Notes: a model not told the origin generated them from the letters alone. A DNA stretch of 64,000 nt from Actinomycetota bacterium (GCA_012523095.1 JAAYJE010000033.1:10612-74611); one strand, 5' to 3'. Shown: positions 8,377 to 17,125, counted from the stretch's first letter. Numbers and translations are program-made.

Positions 8377-9162
8377 CTATAAGGCCCGGGCGGCGCAGAC
8401 CTTGAGGCTCGGATCTGTCTCCGGGTCTCCCTCGAGGATGCGTACCGGTATGCCGTAGATGTCTTCCAGGCTGGCCTCGGTCAGCACCTGGGTCGGATTC
8501 CCCAGCGCCATCAGGCGACCGTCTTTGATCAGTCCCACTCTCGAGGCGCATGCGAAGGCGTGGTTGGGGAAATGGGATGACATGAGCACGGCCAGATCGC
8601 GCTCATGCACCAGGCTCTTGATCAGGGAGAGCAATCGGGACTGGTTGCCGAAATCCAGATGGGACGATGGTTCATCCATGATGAGGACCCTTGGTTCCTG
8701 GGCTAGAGCCCGGGCGATAAGGACCAGTTGTCGCTCGCCGCCGCTCAGCTCAGTGTAGGGTCGGTCGGCAAGGTCGGCGATGTCCATGCGTTCGAGCGCC
8801 GCTCTAGCCACTTCTTCATCGTGGCGCGAGGGGGTGGACGTAAGCGAGATGTGGGCCGTACGGCCTGTCAGTACTACATCGATGACGTGAAAGGGGAACG
8901 GAGCCGTATGGGCTTGAGGCACGTACGCCATCAGGCGGGCGCGTTGGCGACGCGACCGGCCTGCGAGGCTTTCGCCGTCGACCAACACCTCCCCGCCCAT
9001 AGGTTGGATGGCGCCGAGGATGGTGCGGAACAGCGTGGTCTTGCCGACCCCGTTGGGTCCCAGCAGGCAGAGGTTCTCCCCGGCGATGATGGACAGATCG
9101 ACATTGCTGAGTACGACACGGCGTCCGTATCCGCACGAGAGACTTTTCAACTCGAGGATCAC
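8377..9162 (-). CDS. ABC transporter ATP-binding protein (FepC/BtuD-like)
   Basis: Walker A GPNGVGKTT, signature LSGGERQ, Walker B LIMDEPSSHLD. The GTG start overlaps the permease stop (GTGA). Confidence 0.9.
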   Translation of the reverse strand: MILELKSLSCGYGRRVVLSNVDLSIIAGENLCLLGPNGVGKTTLFRTILGAIQPMGGEVLVDGESLAGRSRRQRARLMAYVPQAHTAPFPFHVIDVVLTGRTAHISLTSTPSRHDEEVARAALERMDIADLADRPYTELSGGERQLVLIARALAQEPRVLIMDEPSSHLDFGNQSRLLSLIKSLVHERDLAVLMSSHFPNHAFACASRVGLIKDGRLMALGNPTQVLTEASLEDIYGIPVRILEGDPETDPSLKVCAARAL

Positions 9163-10256
9163 GTCCAGGCCCTTCGGGTCCGTGCCAGGAGGAAGATGAA
9201 GAAGGGCGCTCCGATGAGCGCGGTGAGGATGCCCAGAGGTATCTCCAGGGCCCCGGCCAATCGAGCGATGTCGTCTATCAGCAGTAGGTAGACCCCTCCG
9301 ATGACCGCCGAGACGGGCAGGAGTCTGCCGTAGTCGGGGCCGACCAGGCCTCGAGCCACGTGCGGGATTATGAGCCCCACCCAGCCTACGATACCGGCGA
9401 CCGCCACAGCGGAAGCGGTCATCAACGTGCAGGCGCCTATGACGATGATGCGCATCTTGGTCGTCTCCGAACCCATGGCCTGCGCCTCTTCTTCTCCGAA
9501 TGAGAGGGGGTTGAGGTGCCACCTGACTACCAAGAGGGCGATGCCGCCGACAAGCATGGGGCCGATGAGGATGAGGATGTCCTGCCGATTGACGGCGGCC
9601 AAGCTGCCCATCAACCAGAAGGTTATGGTGGGGAGCTTGTCGGACGGGTCGGCGAGTACTTTGAGTATCGAGATAAGCGACGTGAAGACGGTGCCCACCA
9701 GAATACCCGTCAACACCAAGAACAGGGTGGGGTCGCCTCGGCGGATGCGGCCGGCCAACATGTACGTGGCAAGGACGGCGACCAGGCCGAAACCAAGGGC
9801 AAGAAACTGCGTGACTATGACGCTCTTGGAGAGCATGATGCCGAGCGCCGCGCCGAAACCGGCTCCGGCTGAGGCGCCAAGAATATCGGATGAGACCAAG
9901 GGGTTGCGAAACATGCCTTGATAGGCGGCGCCCGACAAGGCCAGTCCGGCGCCGATGAGCATGGCCGCGAAGATGCGGGGGAGGCGCACATTGAGGATGA
10001 CGGTGGCGACTTCCGGTGACACTGTGGCGTCGGTGAGCCCGAGTTTGGCCCCAAACAAGGTGAACAACTCTCCGAGCGACACCGGGTAACGGCCCAGCGT
10101 CACCGACAGTAGGAACACGAGGATAGGCACCATGATGAGACCCGGGACCCGGAGCCGTACGGCGATGACCTTGAGTCTGGAGCCGAGGCTCAGTGCCGGG
10201 GTCTCGGCTCCTTTCGCTTCCACTGTCTCCGTGATACCGTCGGCCATGCGCGTCAA
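9159..10256 (-). CDS. FecCD/BtuC-family ABC permease
   Basis: 365-aa polytopic membrane protein with typical FecCD motifs (LPRIFAAMLIGAGLALSGAAYQGMFRNPLVSSDILG...). Confidence 0.9.
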   Translation of the reverse strand: MTRMADGITETVEAKGAETPALSLGSRLKVIAVRLRVPGLIMVPILVFLLSVTLGRYPVSLGELFTLFGAKLGLTDATVSPEVATVILNVRLPRIFAAMLIGAGLALSGAAYQGMFRNPLVSSDILGASAGAGFGAALGIMLSKSVIVTQFLALGFGLVAVLATYMLAGRIRRGDPTLFLVLTGILVGTVFTSLISILKVLADPSDKLPTITFWLMGSLAAVNRQDILILIGPMLVGGIALLVVRWHLNPLSFGEEEAQAMGSETTKMRIIVIGACTLMTASAVAVAGIVGWVGLIIPHVARGLVGPDYGRLLPVSAVIGGVYLLLIDDIARLAGALEIPLGILTALIGAPFFIFLLARTRRAWT

Positions 10257-11131
10257 TCCGTCGTCTCAGGAGCAGTGGTGAAGGGCTCCGCGATGGGGTG
10301 GCCCACTGCACTCGGCCCGGCGTCGGGCTGCGGGATGACACGCGCGGCTGCGTCCTGCATGGCGCTCAAGTCCGCCCGCACATCGTCTCGGGTGATCTGG
10401 ACCTTCCGTCCCCCGTTGCTGAACGGACCTTTCAGTCCGCCCTCCTGGCAGTATCTCCACGCCTCGTCGCGGTCGATCACCACCATCCCTGCAAGGACGT
10501 CCACCCCTTGGTCGAACCACCACGGGGCCAGAGGGACGCTGGGTCCCATCAGCACTACGGTAGCCTGCGCTGAGAGCTCGATCAATCTGGGAAGGGTCTT
10601 GTTGGTCACCGTCACTCCGGTGATGAAGACGTAATCCTGCTCGGGGAGCACATATTCCGCAGCGAAGTCCGGCAGGTCGTCACCGTGGGGGTCGCGCTCC
10701 AGTACGGTCAACTCGCACCGGGATGCGGCCGCCTCCACATCTGGGAAATGCCCGATGACGGCCACTTTCTTGCCCGAGACGTGCTCCAGCATGTCGGTCA
10801 GAGCGCCGGCTCCGTGGACGGCGTCGAGCGGCCCCTTCAGCCATCCCCTCACCCGTTCGGGCGAATTGTAGTGGGAATTGACCGCCGCCATCCCAAGTGA
10901 GGCCTCGTGAAGATCCCAGCTTCTCAAGTAGGCGGCCAGTTCGCTCAGCCTGCGCCCCGAGTAGGGAGGGCGAAGGGCGCTCCGTTGGGGATCGCCCCGG
11001 CAGGTCATGGCGATGCCGAGGCCTTCGCTGTCGACTACGGTCCAGCTACGACCCACCAAGCAGGCTTTCACAACCGCATCACTCGGGATCTCTTCCAGGA
11101 GTCGATCGTAGATGACCCAGCTGTCGGTCAA
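10253..11131 (-). CDS. DUF4213/DUF364 (putative heavy-metal/cofactor chelation, Rossmann-like) protein
   Basis: 292-aa ORF with a TTG start, overlapping the permease start. Motifs match DUF364 proteins that commonly lead such ABC operons (GKKVAVIGHFP..., DYVFITGVTVTNKTLPRLI). Confidence 0.7.
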   Translation of the reverse strand: MTDSWVIYDRLLEEIPSDAVVKACLVGRSWTVVDSEGLGIAMTCRGDPQRSALRPPYSGRRLSELAAYLRSWDLHEASLGMAAVNSHYNSPERVRGWLKGPLDAVHGAGALTDMLEHVSGKKVAVIGHFPDVEAAASRCELTVLERDPHGDDLPDFAAEYVLPEQDYVFITGVTVTNKTLPRLIELSAQATVVLMGPSVPLAPWWFDQGVDVLAGMVVIDRDEAWRYCQEGGLKGPFSNGGRKVQITRDDVRADLSAMQDAAARVIPQPDAGPSAVGHPIAEPFTTAPETTD

Positions 11132-11530
11132 TCCATGCCCAGTCTCGTTGTTTGCGCGCCCGGCCGTGCGAATGGTGCCCGGCGTTCGTTATCGGAGAAG
11201 AAGTATAACGTACGGAACGGCTCATGAACAACAGTCGAGGACCCCCTGGACTGTTGCCCGTCGCTACCGGTGGCGATGAGATGAACGAGTGCAACAGCAC
11301 CTTCTACTCCCGCTCGAGCATTCTGCGCAGGCTGGGGCGGAGTGTTGCGGCGGGGCGCACCCCGCTCTTATCTGGGGGGAGGCGGCGGCACGGCAGCTAC
11401 GCCAACTGGTCTCGGTGCTGAGGCTGCGGATGGCCTGGTTCTTCCGCCGGCCTAGAGCCCCCGCGTCTGCTCTCGTGCTCCTTGGTGTTACGCAGGGCGC
11501 CCCTCCCGACGCTTCCCAGCCATCCCTGTG

Positions 11531-11560
11531 TTACACTGCTCCTCAGCATTCGATAGGTAT
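11531..11560 (+). promoter_or_regulatory. candidate sigma-70-type promoter for the RRM gene
   Basis: TTACAC, 17 nt spacer, then TAGGTAT, about 100 nt upstream of the RRM start codon. This is a sequence match only. Confidence 0.2.
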
Positions 11561-11646
11561 CCGCTTTAGGCTCAGCGCAGAGCATCTTGATCTCCTCGCC
11601 CGGTCTCCAGTATTTCCCTCTCGTGTGTCGCAATGTAACTCCGTTT

Positions 11647-12012
11647 ATGGAGGCTGTAGTGAGTTCAGCAAGACTGTACGTAGGCAATCTCAGTTATGAG
11701 ACGTCTGAGGCGAGCGTCAGGGCTCTTTTTGAGCCGCATGGCGAGGTGGCTTCTGTCAGACTCATCACCGACCGTGACTCCGGACGCCCAAAGGGCTTCG
11801 GTTTCGTGGAGATGGGATCGGCGGAAGCAGCTCAGAAGGCCAAGGGCGCCCTCGACGGCACCCAGCTTGACGGCCGCGCCCTCAAAGTCGACGAGGCCAA
11901 GGAGCAGGCGCCCCGTGCGCCCCGTTCCGGCGGCTACGGCGGAAGCCGGGGCGGCTTCGGTGGCGGCTTCGGTGGGAACCGCGGCGGGGGCTACAGCGGC
12001 AACCGCTGGTAG
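11647..12012 (+). CDS. RRM-type RNA-binding protein with a Gly/Arg-rich tail
   Basis: RNP2 (LYVGNL) and RNP1 (KGFGFVEM) motifs, with a C-terminal GGYGGSRGGFGGGFGGNRGGGYSGNRW tail. Alternative start at GTG 11659, preceded by GGAGG at 5 nt. Confidence 0.85.
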   Translation: MEAVVSSARLYVGNLSYETSEASVRALFEPHGEVASVRLITDRDSGRPKGFGFVEMGSAEAAQKAKGALDGTQLDGRALKVDEAKEQAPRAPRSGGYGGSRGGFGGGFGGNRGGGYSGNRW

Positions 12013-12035
12013 TATCCGCATAACAGCGACGCGTG

Positions 12036-12067
12036 AAGGCGCCGGCCCCAGGGCCGGCGCCTTTTTT
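12036..12067 (+). terminator. rho-independent terminator
   Basis: Perfect GC-rich hairpin GGCGCCGGCCC-ca-GGGCCGGCGCC followed by TTTTTT, 25 nt after the RRM stop. Confidence 0.85.
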
Positions 12068-12223
12068 GGTACGCGTGTATGAAAGACAGCTCAGGGACGA
12101 AAGTCCCCCGGAGTGGGAGGTGGCACCGACCTCCAGTCACAGGCAACGCTGCGGCGGATGCCTGCCCGTCCGCGCTAGAATCGAGGTGCACACGCTTCCG
12201 CATGAAAAGGGAGGAGATGTTGG

Positions 12224-12520
12224 ATGCCTGTCAACCTCTCTATCAAGAACGTTCCCGACGAGGTCGTCCGCGGGCTCCGCAACCGAGCGGCCAACAACCA
12301 ACGCTCCTTACAGCAGGAGTTGCTGGCCATACTGCGGCAGGCGGCCAAGGACCAGCCTGAGGTAAGCATCGACGGGCTGTTGGAGCAGGCCCAGAGGAAG
12401 AGGCCGGCTCTCGACGAGACGGCTTCAAAGGTGTTGGCCGCCCGAGACGCGGAGCATGAGAGAGTGGCTCGCCGCTTCGAGGACCTGTTGGACGGATCGG
12501 ACGAGGACGGCCGGGCTTAG
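12224..12520 (+). CDS. ribbon-helix-helix (Arc/FitA-like) antitoxin-type DNA-binding protein
   Basis: N-terminus MPVNLSIKNVPDEVVRGLRNRAANNQRSLQQELLAIL is a typical RHH antitoxin beginning. GGAGGAG SD lies upstream. Confidence 0.65.
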   Translation: MPVNLSIKNVPDEVVRGLRNRAANNQRSLQQELLAILRQAAKDQPEVSIDGLLEQAQRKRPALDETASKVLAARDAEHERVARRFEDLLDGSDEDGRA

Positions 12521-12524
12521 CGAG

Positions 12525-12905
12525 TCAGCGCAACTGCTTCTCGCGGCGCCTCGCCTGGCACAGTCCACAACCTTGGCGGCAGCTTCTGTTGGGCATCGCG
12601 GTGTCCAGTCCGTAATGCATGCGAAGGCGGCGTTCCTCGGTTTTGGACAGAGGCCGACCCGGTTCCATGACCGGTCCGCCGTCCACATATGTCTTGGGAT
12701 AGGGGAGGACCAGGCGTTCCGTCGAGCAAAGGAACTGCTCCGCGGGCGCGAGGATCGTTCCGGCCGCTGTCTCCACCAGCAGCCAGGTGACGCCGAACTT
12801 CTTGCGGGGATAGGCGAGGCCTGTGATTGTGCCGATCCTCTTGCCGGCCGCGTCGAACAGTTCTCTGCCTCGCCATCCGGCTGCTTCGGAGATCAGGTCG
12901 TTCAT
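12525..12905 (-). CDS. PRC-barrel-like domain protein
   Basis: ATG at 12905 with AAAGGAAC upstream. GRELFDAAGKRIGTITGLAY...WLLVETAAGTILAPAEQ resembles PRC-barrel proteins. The longer N-terminal extension in the track is Arg-rich and unlikely to be real. Confidence 0.5.
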   Translation of the reverse strand: MNDLISEAAGWRGRELFDAAGKRIGTITGLAYPRKKFGVTWLLVETAAGTILAPAEQFLCSTERLVLPYPKTYVDGGPVMEPGRPLSKTEERRLRMHYGLDTAMPNRSCRQGCGLCQARRREKQLR

Positions 12906-13110
12906 GATGTTCCTTTCTACAACAGTCTCCTCCTCTCTACCGCATGTAGGGCCGATAGAAACACGATACGGCTGACAGGGTCGCAGGCGCCGGGCGCGAG
13001 CAAGGGTGCTGCGCAGGCTCGGCACTATGGTGTTCGCCACGCGCCCCGGCAGGTGGTACGGTTAGCTCTACACCGATGATACTCAGTCAGTCCGAGTAGG
13101 AGACAGTCAC

Positions 13111-14880
13111 ATGGCGCAACAGTCTTCTAATCCCCTTGGCACCGTTCTCGACCCCAGGGGTCAACCGACCAACATCGTGGAGCCCAAGCCGTTGGCGCCG
13201 CGCCTGGATACGCTTGAAGGAAAGACCATACACCTGATCGACATAGGGTTCGGCGGGGGATGGGAGTTCCTCGAAGAGACGGTCGCTTGGTTCGCCCGCC
13301 ACATGCCCAGTGTGAAGACCGTCCTCAAGCGCAAAGACGGCATCATGTTCGTAGACGCGCCTCAGATGTGGGAGGACGCCAAGGCTAACGCCGATGCGGT
13401 TGTTCTTGGTGTAGGCGGCTGAGACGGCTGTGCGGCGAGTGTCGCCGCCTATTGTAGGATACTAGAGTCTGAGTACGGCGTTCCGACCGCGCCCCTTTCG
13501 AGCGCCCGCTTCGCCGACTTCCTGGGCCTGGACGCGCGGAACCACGGCATGAACCTTCGGTTCCACTACGCCCCGTATCCGTTGGTGGGAAGGCCGCGCG
13601 ACGTCCTTCGTAGGTATGTCGAGGGCAACGATCCGGTCACGGGCAGGCCCCTGATGCAGGAGATCATCGATGCGCTCACCAAGCCACTCACCCCAGAGGA
13701 GAGCGATCCTCAGCCGTCCCGCGGCGCTCCGCGCCCGAGGCTGCTGAAGTCGGACAGAGAGGAGAACCTCCATCAACTGTTCCTAGAAAACGGGTGGACG
13801 GACGGTGCTCCCATCGTGCTGCCCACCGAGGAGCGCGTGGCCCGGATGCTGACCGGCACGGCTGCCGATCCCAACGAGGTCGTAGGCCGAATGACGGTGA
13901 CCGTCCATGAGGAGAAGCTCGAGTACACGGTGGAGAAAGTGGCCGTGAATGCCGTGATGGCCGGCGCCGGACCGGAGCATCTGCCCGTGATCCTCGCGAT
14001 CGCGGCCGGCGGTGAAGCGTCGATGCCGAGTTCCACCACCTCTTTCGGCAGGATGGCCGTCGTGAACGGGCCCATCCGTGATGAGATAGGCATGAACTCG
14101 GGCCTGGGCGCCCTCAGCCCCTTCAACCACGCCAACACCGTCATAGGCCGGGCCTGGACGCTCATGACCATCAACCTGGGCGATGCACGTCTCAGCGACA
14201 CCTTCCTGGCTTCGACCGGCAACAACATGAACTACAACAACATGACGTTCGCCGAGAATGAGGAGAGGAGCGTGTGGGATCCGTTCCATGTCCGCAAGGG
14301 CTTCAAGAAGAAGGACAGCACGGTCAGCCTCTTCCAAGGCTGGAGCGCCATAAACAGCATGGGCGCCGCCGGCTGTTGCCGCCCGGCGCATGAAGAGATG
14401 CTGATCATCATGCAGGCCTTCCCCTGCCTGAGGGGGGCACTGACATTGGTCATGGACCCGCTGGTGGCCAAGCACCTCAAAGAACAGGGGTTCGAGCATC
14501 CCGGCAGGTTGTCCCAGTACCTGTCCGAGAACTTCAAGATGACCGCCGGCCAGTTCTGGGGTTCGGACGTCGTCTACTCCTTGGTGGAGCCTACTGCGCG
14601 AATGGGGGTGGAGCCGCTGGCATCCTTCCTGAGAGCGTCTAAGGATGAGCTCATCGCCCCATATGCCGACCCCGAAGCCATCAATGCGGTGGTCGTTGGC
14701 GGCGAAACCCAGGCGCTCTGGCTGACCACGGACATGTGGCATTCGCAGACCGTGTCGGTGGATAGGTGGCGTCCGAAGAGCGGTGTCTACCAAGAGGACG
14801 AGCAGGTAAGACGCCGCCGAGAGGCGCGCCAGAAGCGGCACTCGGCGGCACTGACCCTAAGCGGCTACGACCTAGTGTGA
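13111..14880 (+). CDS. candidate selenoprotein: UGSC-like redox domain (GG-U-DG-C) fused to a ~440-aa domain of unknown function, read through the UGA at 13420..13422
   Basis: ORFs 13111..13422 and 13549..14880 share a frame, and the 42 codons between them contain no stop. The only interruption is a TGA inside ...VVLGVGG-TGA-DGCAAS..., giving a U-x-x-C motif. The ATG at 13549 has no SD. A GC hairpin follows the TGA. Confidence 0.55.
13420..13449 (+). promoter_or_regulatory. candidate bacterial SECIS element (UGA plus downstream hairpin)
   Basis: A 7-bp stem (GCGGCGA/UCGCCGC, 13432-13438 and 13442-13448) starts 9 nt after the UGA. Its GUG apical loop lies 19 nt from the U of UGA. Confidence 0.4.
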
Positions 14881-16097
14881 TGGTGGCGGGCGGGAGGGCC
14901 GGCGGCGTCGCCGCCGGCCCGGAGGCCAACCCCAGTCTGCGGCGCCGGCTGCCGCTCTATCCGTGCCAGTTCCTGTGCGCGATGGCCATCGTCTCGCTGG
15001 GGCCCCTCCTCGACCCGATGATGCGCGACCTCGGTATCTCTCTTGCCCGTGGAGGGCTTATCAGCGCCGGGCTCTTTCTCGGCAATGTGAGCGGCATCGT
15101 AGTGCTCAACACGGCCATGGCGAGGGTGCCGGCGAAGTGGGTGCTGGCAGGGGGCGCGGCCCTCCAGGGCGCCGCGCTCATCCTCGCGGCCGCGGTGGCT
15201 TGGGGCCTCGGGTCCTTGCTGGTCATCTATCTACTGGTCGGCTTCGGCGGAGCCCTGCTGAACGCCACCTGCTGGATGTGGATCTCGACGCACGTGAAAG
15301 AGAACAGGGCCGCCGCCGCCCTGCACATGATCCTGTTCTTCGCTCTCGCGATGATAAGCGTGCCTCTGATCATTGGGTTGGCGTTGGACGCCGGAGCCAC
15401 ATGGCGTTGGGTGCTCGTCGTCGAGGGAGGACTGGCCTGGTTGGTCGCACTGAGTCTGGCGTTGGCGCCTCTTGCGGACATCGCGGGGCGACGGAACGTG
15501 CGTCTCTCGCACTTCCGCGAGGTGGTTAGGTTCGATTCCAAGCTCATTGTAGGGATGATGGGAGCGGGTTTCTTCTACGTGGGAGCAGAGATGACCCTGA
15601 ATGTCTGGCTCCCGAAGTTTCAGATCGACACTTTCGGTGCCGGCGGCGCCTGGGCCAGCTTCGCGGTGACTCTCTTCTGGGTGGGTCTGATCGTGGGCCG
15701 GCTGATCGTGATGGGGCTCACCCGGCGCTTCTCTCCCTCAAGGCTGTTGCTTGTCTGCACCTGCGCCATGGCGGTCTTCACCGTGGCGATCGCTCTCGCT
15801 CCGTCGCAAGTCGTGTCTCTGGTCTTCGCCGTCGGTGCGGGACTGGGAGCGTCGGCCTCCTACGGCATCATCGGGAGCTACGCGGGACGCTTTCCTGGGT
15901 GGCAGTCGGCGGTGGCCTCCTCGCTCTTCATCCTGTCGGGCGGGGTAGGCAGCATAACGTTCCCCTACCTCATGGGCCCACTGGCTCACTCAGCCGGGTT
16001 TAGGATGGCCCTTGCCATGATTGCAGTGCCCGCGGTCGTCTGCGCGTTGTTCTCCCTCCTCATCCGTGCCCGCTCTGGAGAAGCAAGGGCGTCGTGA
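14880..16097 (+). CDS. MFS transporter
   Basis: ATG at 14880 overlaps the upstream stop (TGATG). About 12 predicted TM segments of MFS-like character. The upstream part of the 443-aa track ORF overlaps the previous gene and was trimmed. Confidence 0.8.
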   Translation: MVAGGRAGGVAAGPEANPSLRRRLPLYPCQFLCAMAIVSLGPLLDPMMRDLGISLARGGLISAGLFLGNVSGIVVLNTAMARVPAKWVLAGGAALQGAALILAAAVAWGLGSLLVIYLLVGFGGALLNATCWMWISTHVKENRAAAALHMILFFALAMISVPLIIGLALDAGATWRWVLVVEGGLAWLVALSLALAPLADIAGRRNVRLSHFREVVRFDSKLIVGMMGAGFFYVGAEMTLNVWLPKFQIDTFGAGGAWASFAVTLFWVGLIVGRLIVMGLTRRFSPSRLLLVCTCAMAVFTVAIALAPSQVVSLVFAVGAGLGASASYGIIGSYAGRFPGWQSAVASSLFILSGGVGSITFPYLMGPLAHSAGFRMALAMIAVPAVVCALFSLLIRARSGEARAS

Positions 16098-16153
16098 CGT
16101 GAAGGCGGTCTGCGACGAAGACGGTCGTCCTCGGCGTACCGGCCGTGACCCTA

Positions 16154-17125
16154 TCACTCTTCCACGCAGATACGAGCCCGGATTATATTGACAATAGTCA
16201 GGAGCGCGAGCAGGCAGATGAGGATCACCACGATGGCGAACACCACGAAGGCGAGCACGCGGTAGAAGAGTAGACCGGTCTGCGCGTGCATCATCGTGCT
16301 GGCTATGACGAGGGCGGCCACAGGGAACGAGTAGGCCCACCAAGACAGGTGGAAGCGCGCTTTGCGCAGCATGCCCACCTGCACCAATAGGAAGAGGAAG
16401 ATGAAGAGCCCGTAGTAGTAGAGGATGTTGGTGAAGGCGTCCAGCCCGCCACTCAGTTTCACGTAGGCAATGGCGCCGACCACGGGCGGGGCAAGCAGGA
16501 TGAAGAAAGTAGGGAGCAGCTTCTCGGGTAATGGATGATGGAAGAAGATGCGGTAGAAGAAGAGGGTCTGCAGAATCACCCAGAACACCACGCCGATGCT
16601 GAAGAAGAGCCATGAGATCTCGTCAGGAGCATGCTCCACTCCGGCTACCGGCACAAGGATGTTGCCCACCACAGGGATGAACCACACCGGGCACATGTGC
16701 TTGATCTCGAACTTCTGCTGCTGCACCCAGATGCTGAGGATTATCAGGGTGAGCATGAGATGCAGCACCGCGCCTATGACCCAGAAGACCAGCGAAGCCG
16801 TCTTACTGACAGGGAGAAAGGCAACGGCGACAAGCAGGAAGTTTATGGAGAAGGCTGGGAAGAAGCTCAACCCGACCGGGTCGTTGAACTCCTGTATACA
16901 GGCCTGTCGATGACGCACAAGTTTGAGAGCATAGACCAACGTGATGATGAGGAACACCGCCAAGGTCAAGGCGAGCAGGACCGTGCTGGATACGTTGGTG
17001 GTCCCTAGCAGGCCCTCGATCTTCTGGGTGGCGATGGCCAAGCCGTTCAGGCCCATGACGATCGAGAAGAATGAAACAGGGAAGTTGCCGAGTCTCGACG
17101 CGGGGGCCTTCGCTTCTTGGGTCAT
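16154..17125 (-). CDS. TehA/SLAC1-family (tellurite-resistance/dicarboxylate transporter type) anion channel
   Basis: 323-aa polytopic protein. N-terminal FPVSFFSIVMGLNGLA and overall architecture are typical of the TDT/TehA family. Confidence 0.8.
   Translation of the reverse strand: MTQEAKAPASRLGNFPVSFFSIVMGLNGLAIATQKIEGLLGTTNVSSTVLLALTLAVFLIITLVYALKLVRHRQACIQEFNDPVGLSFFPAFSINFLLVAVAFLPVSKTASLVFWVIGAVLHLMLTLIILSIWVQQQKFEIKHMCPVWFIPVVGNILVPVAGVEHAPDEISWLFFSIGVVFWVILQTLFFYRIFFHHPLPEKLLPTFFILLAPPVVGAIAYVKLSGGLDAFTNILYYYGLFIFLFLLVQVGMLRKARFHLSWWAYSFPVAALVIASTMMHAQTGLLFYRVLAFVVFAIVVILICLLALLTIVNIIRARICVEE

Noticed and set aside
9163-10341. N-terminal 390 aa of the 654-aa track ORF 8377..10341
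   Set aside because: Only the last 262 codons encode the ABC ATPase. The upstream part overlaps the FecCD permease in another frame and translates as Arg/Pro/His-rich nonsense. A GTG start overlapping the permease stop fits operon logic.
11132-11420. Possible cobalamin riboswitch leading the BtuCD-type ABC operon (CCCCGCCGCAAC resembles part of the conserved core)
   Set aside because: I could not find the B12 box (AGCCAGGAGACCUGCC-like) or the GGGAA/GGUG elements in the right order. A covariance-model scan would be needed, so it is left as an open check rather than a call.
12116-12181. Short hairpin GGAGGT-N7-ACCTCC and a TAGAAT hexamer upstream of the RHH gene, as a possible promoter/operator
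   Set aside because: There is no acceptable -35 element at 17 bp, and the hairpin is short. This is too weak to call.
13549-14880. Treating the 443-aa ORF as an independent gene starting at ATG 13549
   Set aside because: - There is no SD upstream.
- The upstream 126 nt are open in the same frame and read as protein.
- The only break is a TGA in a U-x-x-C context followed by a hairpin.
I kept this as the alternative hypothesis under the selenoprotein finding.
15525-15545. GGTTCGATTCC, a tRNA T-loop-like sequence
   Set aside because: The flanking sequence cannot form an acceptor stem (there is no complement to CTCATTG ~70 nt upstream), and the T-stem has a mismatch. The sequence lies inside a well-supported MFS transporter CDS.
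16154-17125. Noticeably lower GC (spot counts about 47-57% versus about 65-70% in neighbours) in the TehA-like gene, as a possible horizontal-transfer signal
   Set aside because: The gene encodes a very hydrophobic Phe/Ile/Leu-rich channel, which lowers GC on its own. There are no flanking mobility genes, repeats or tRNA, and I did not compute window statistics.
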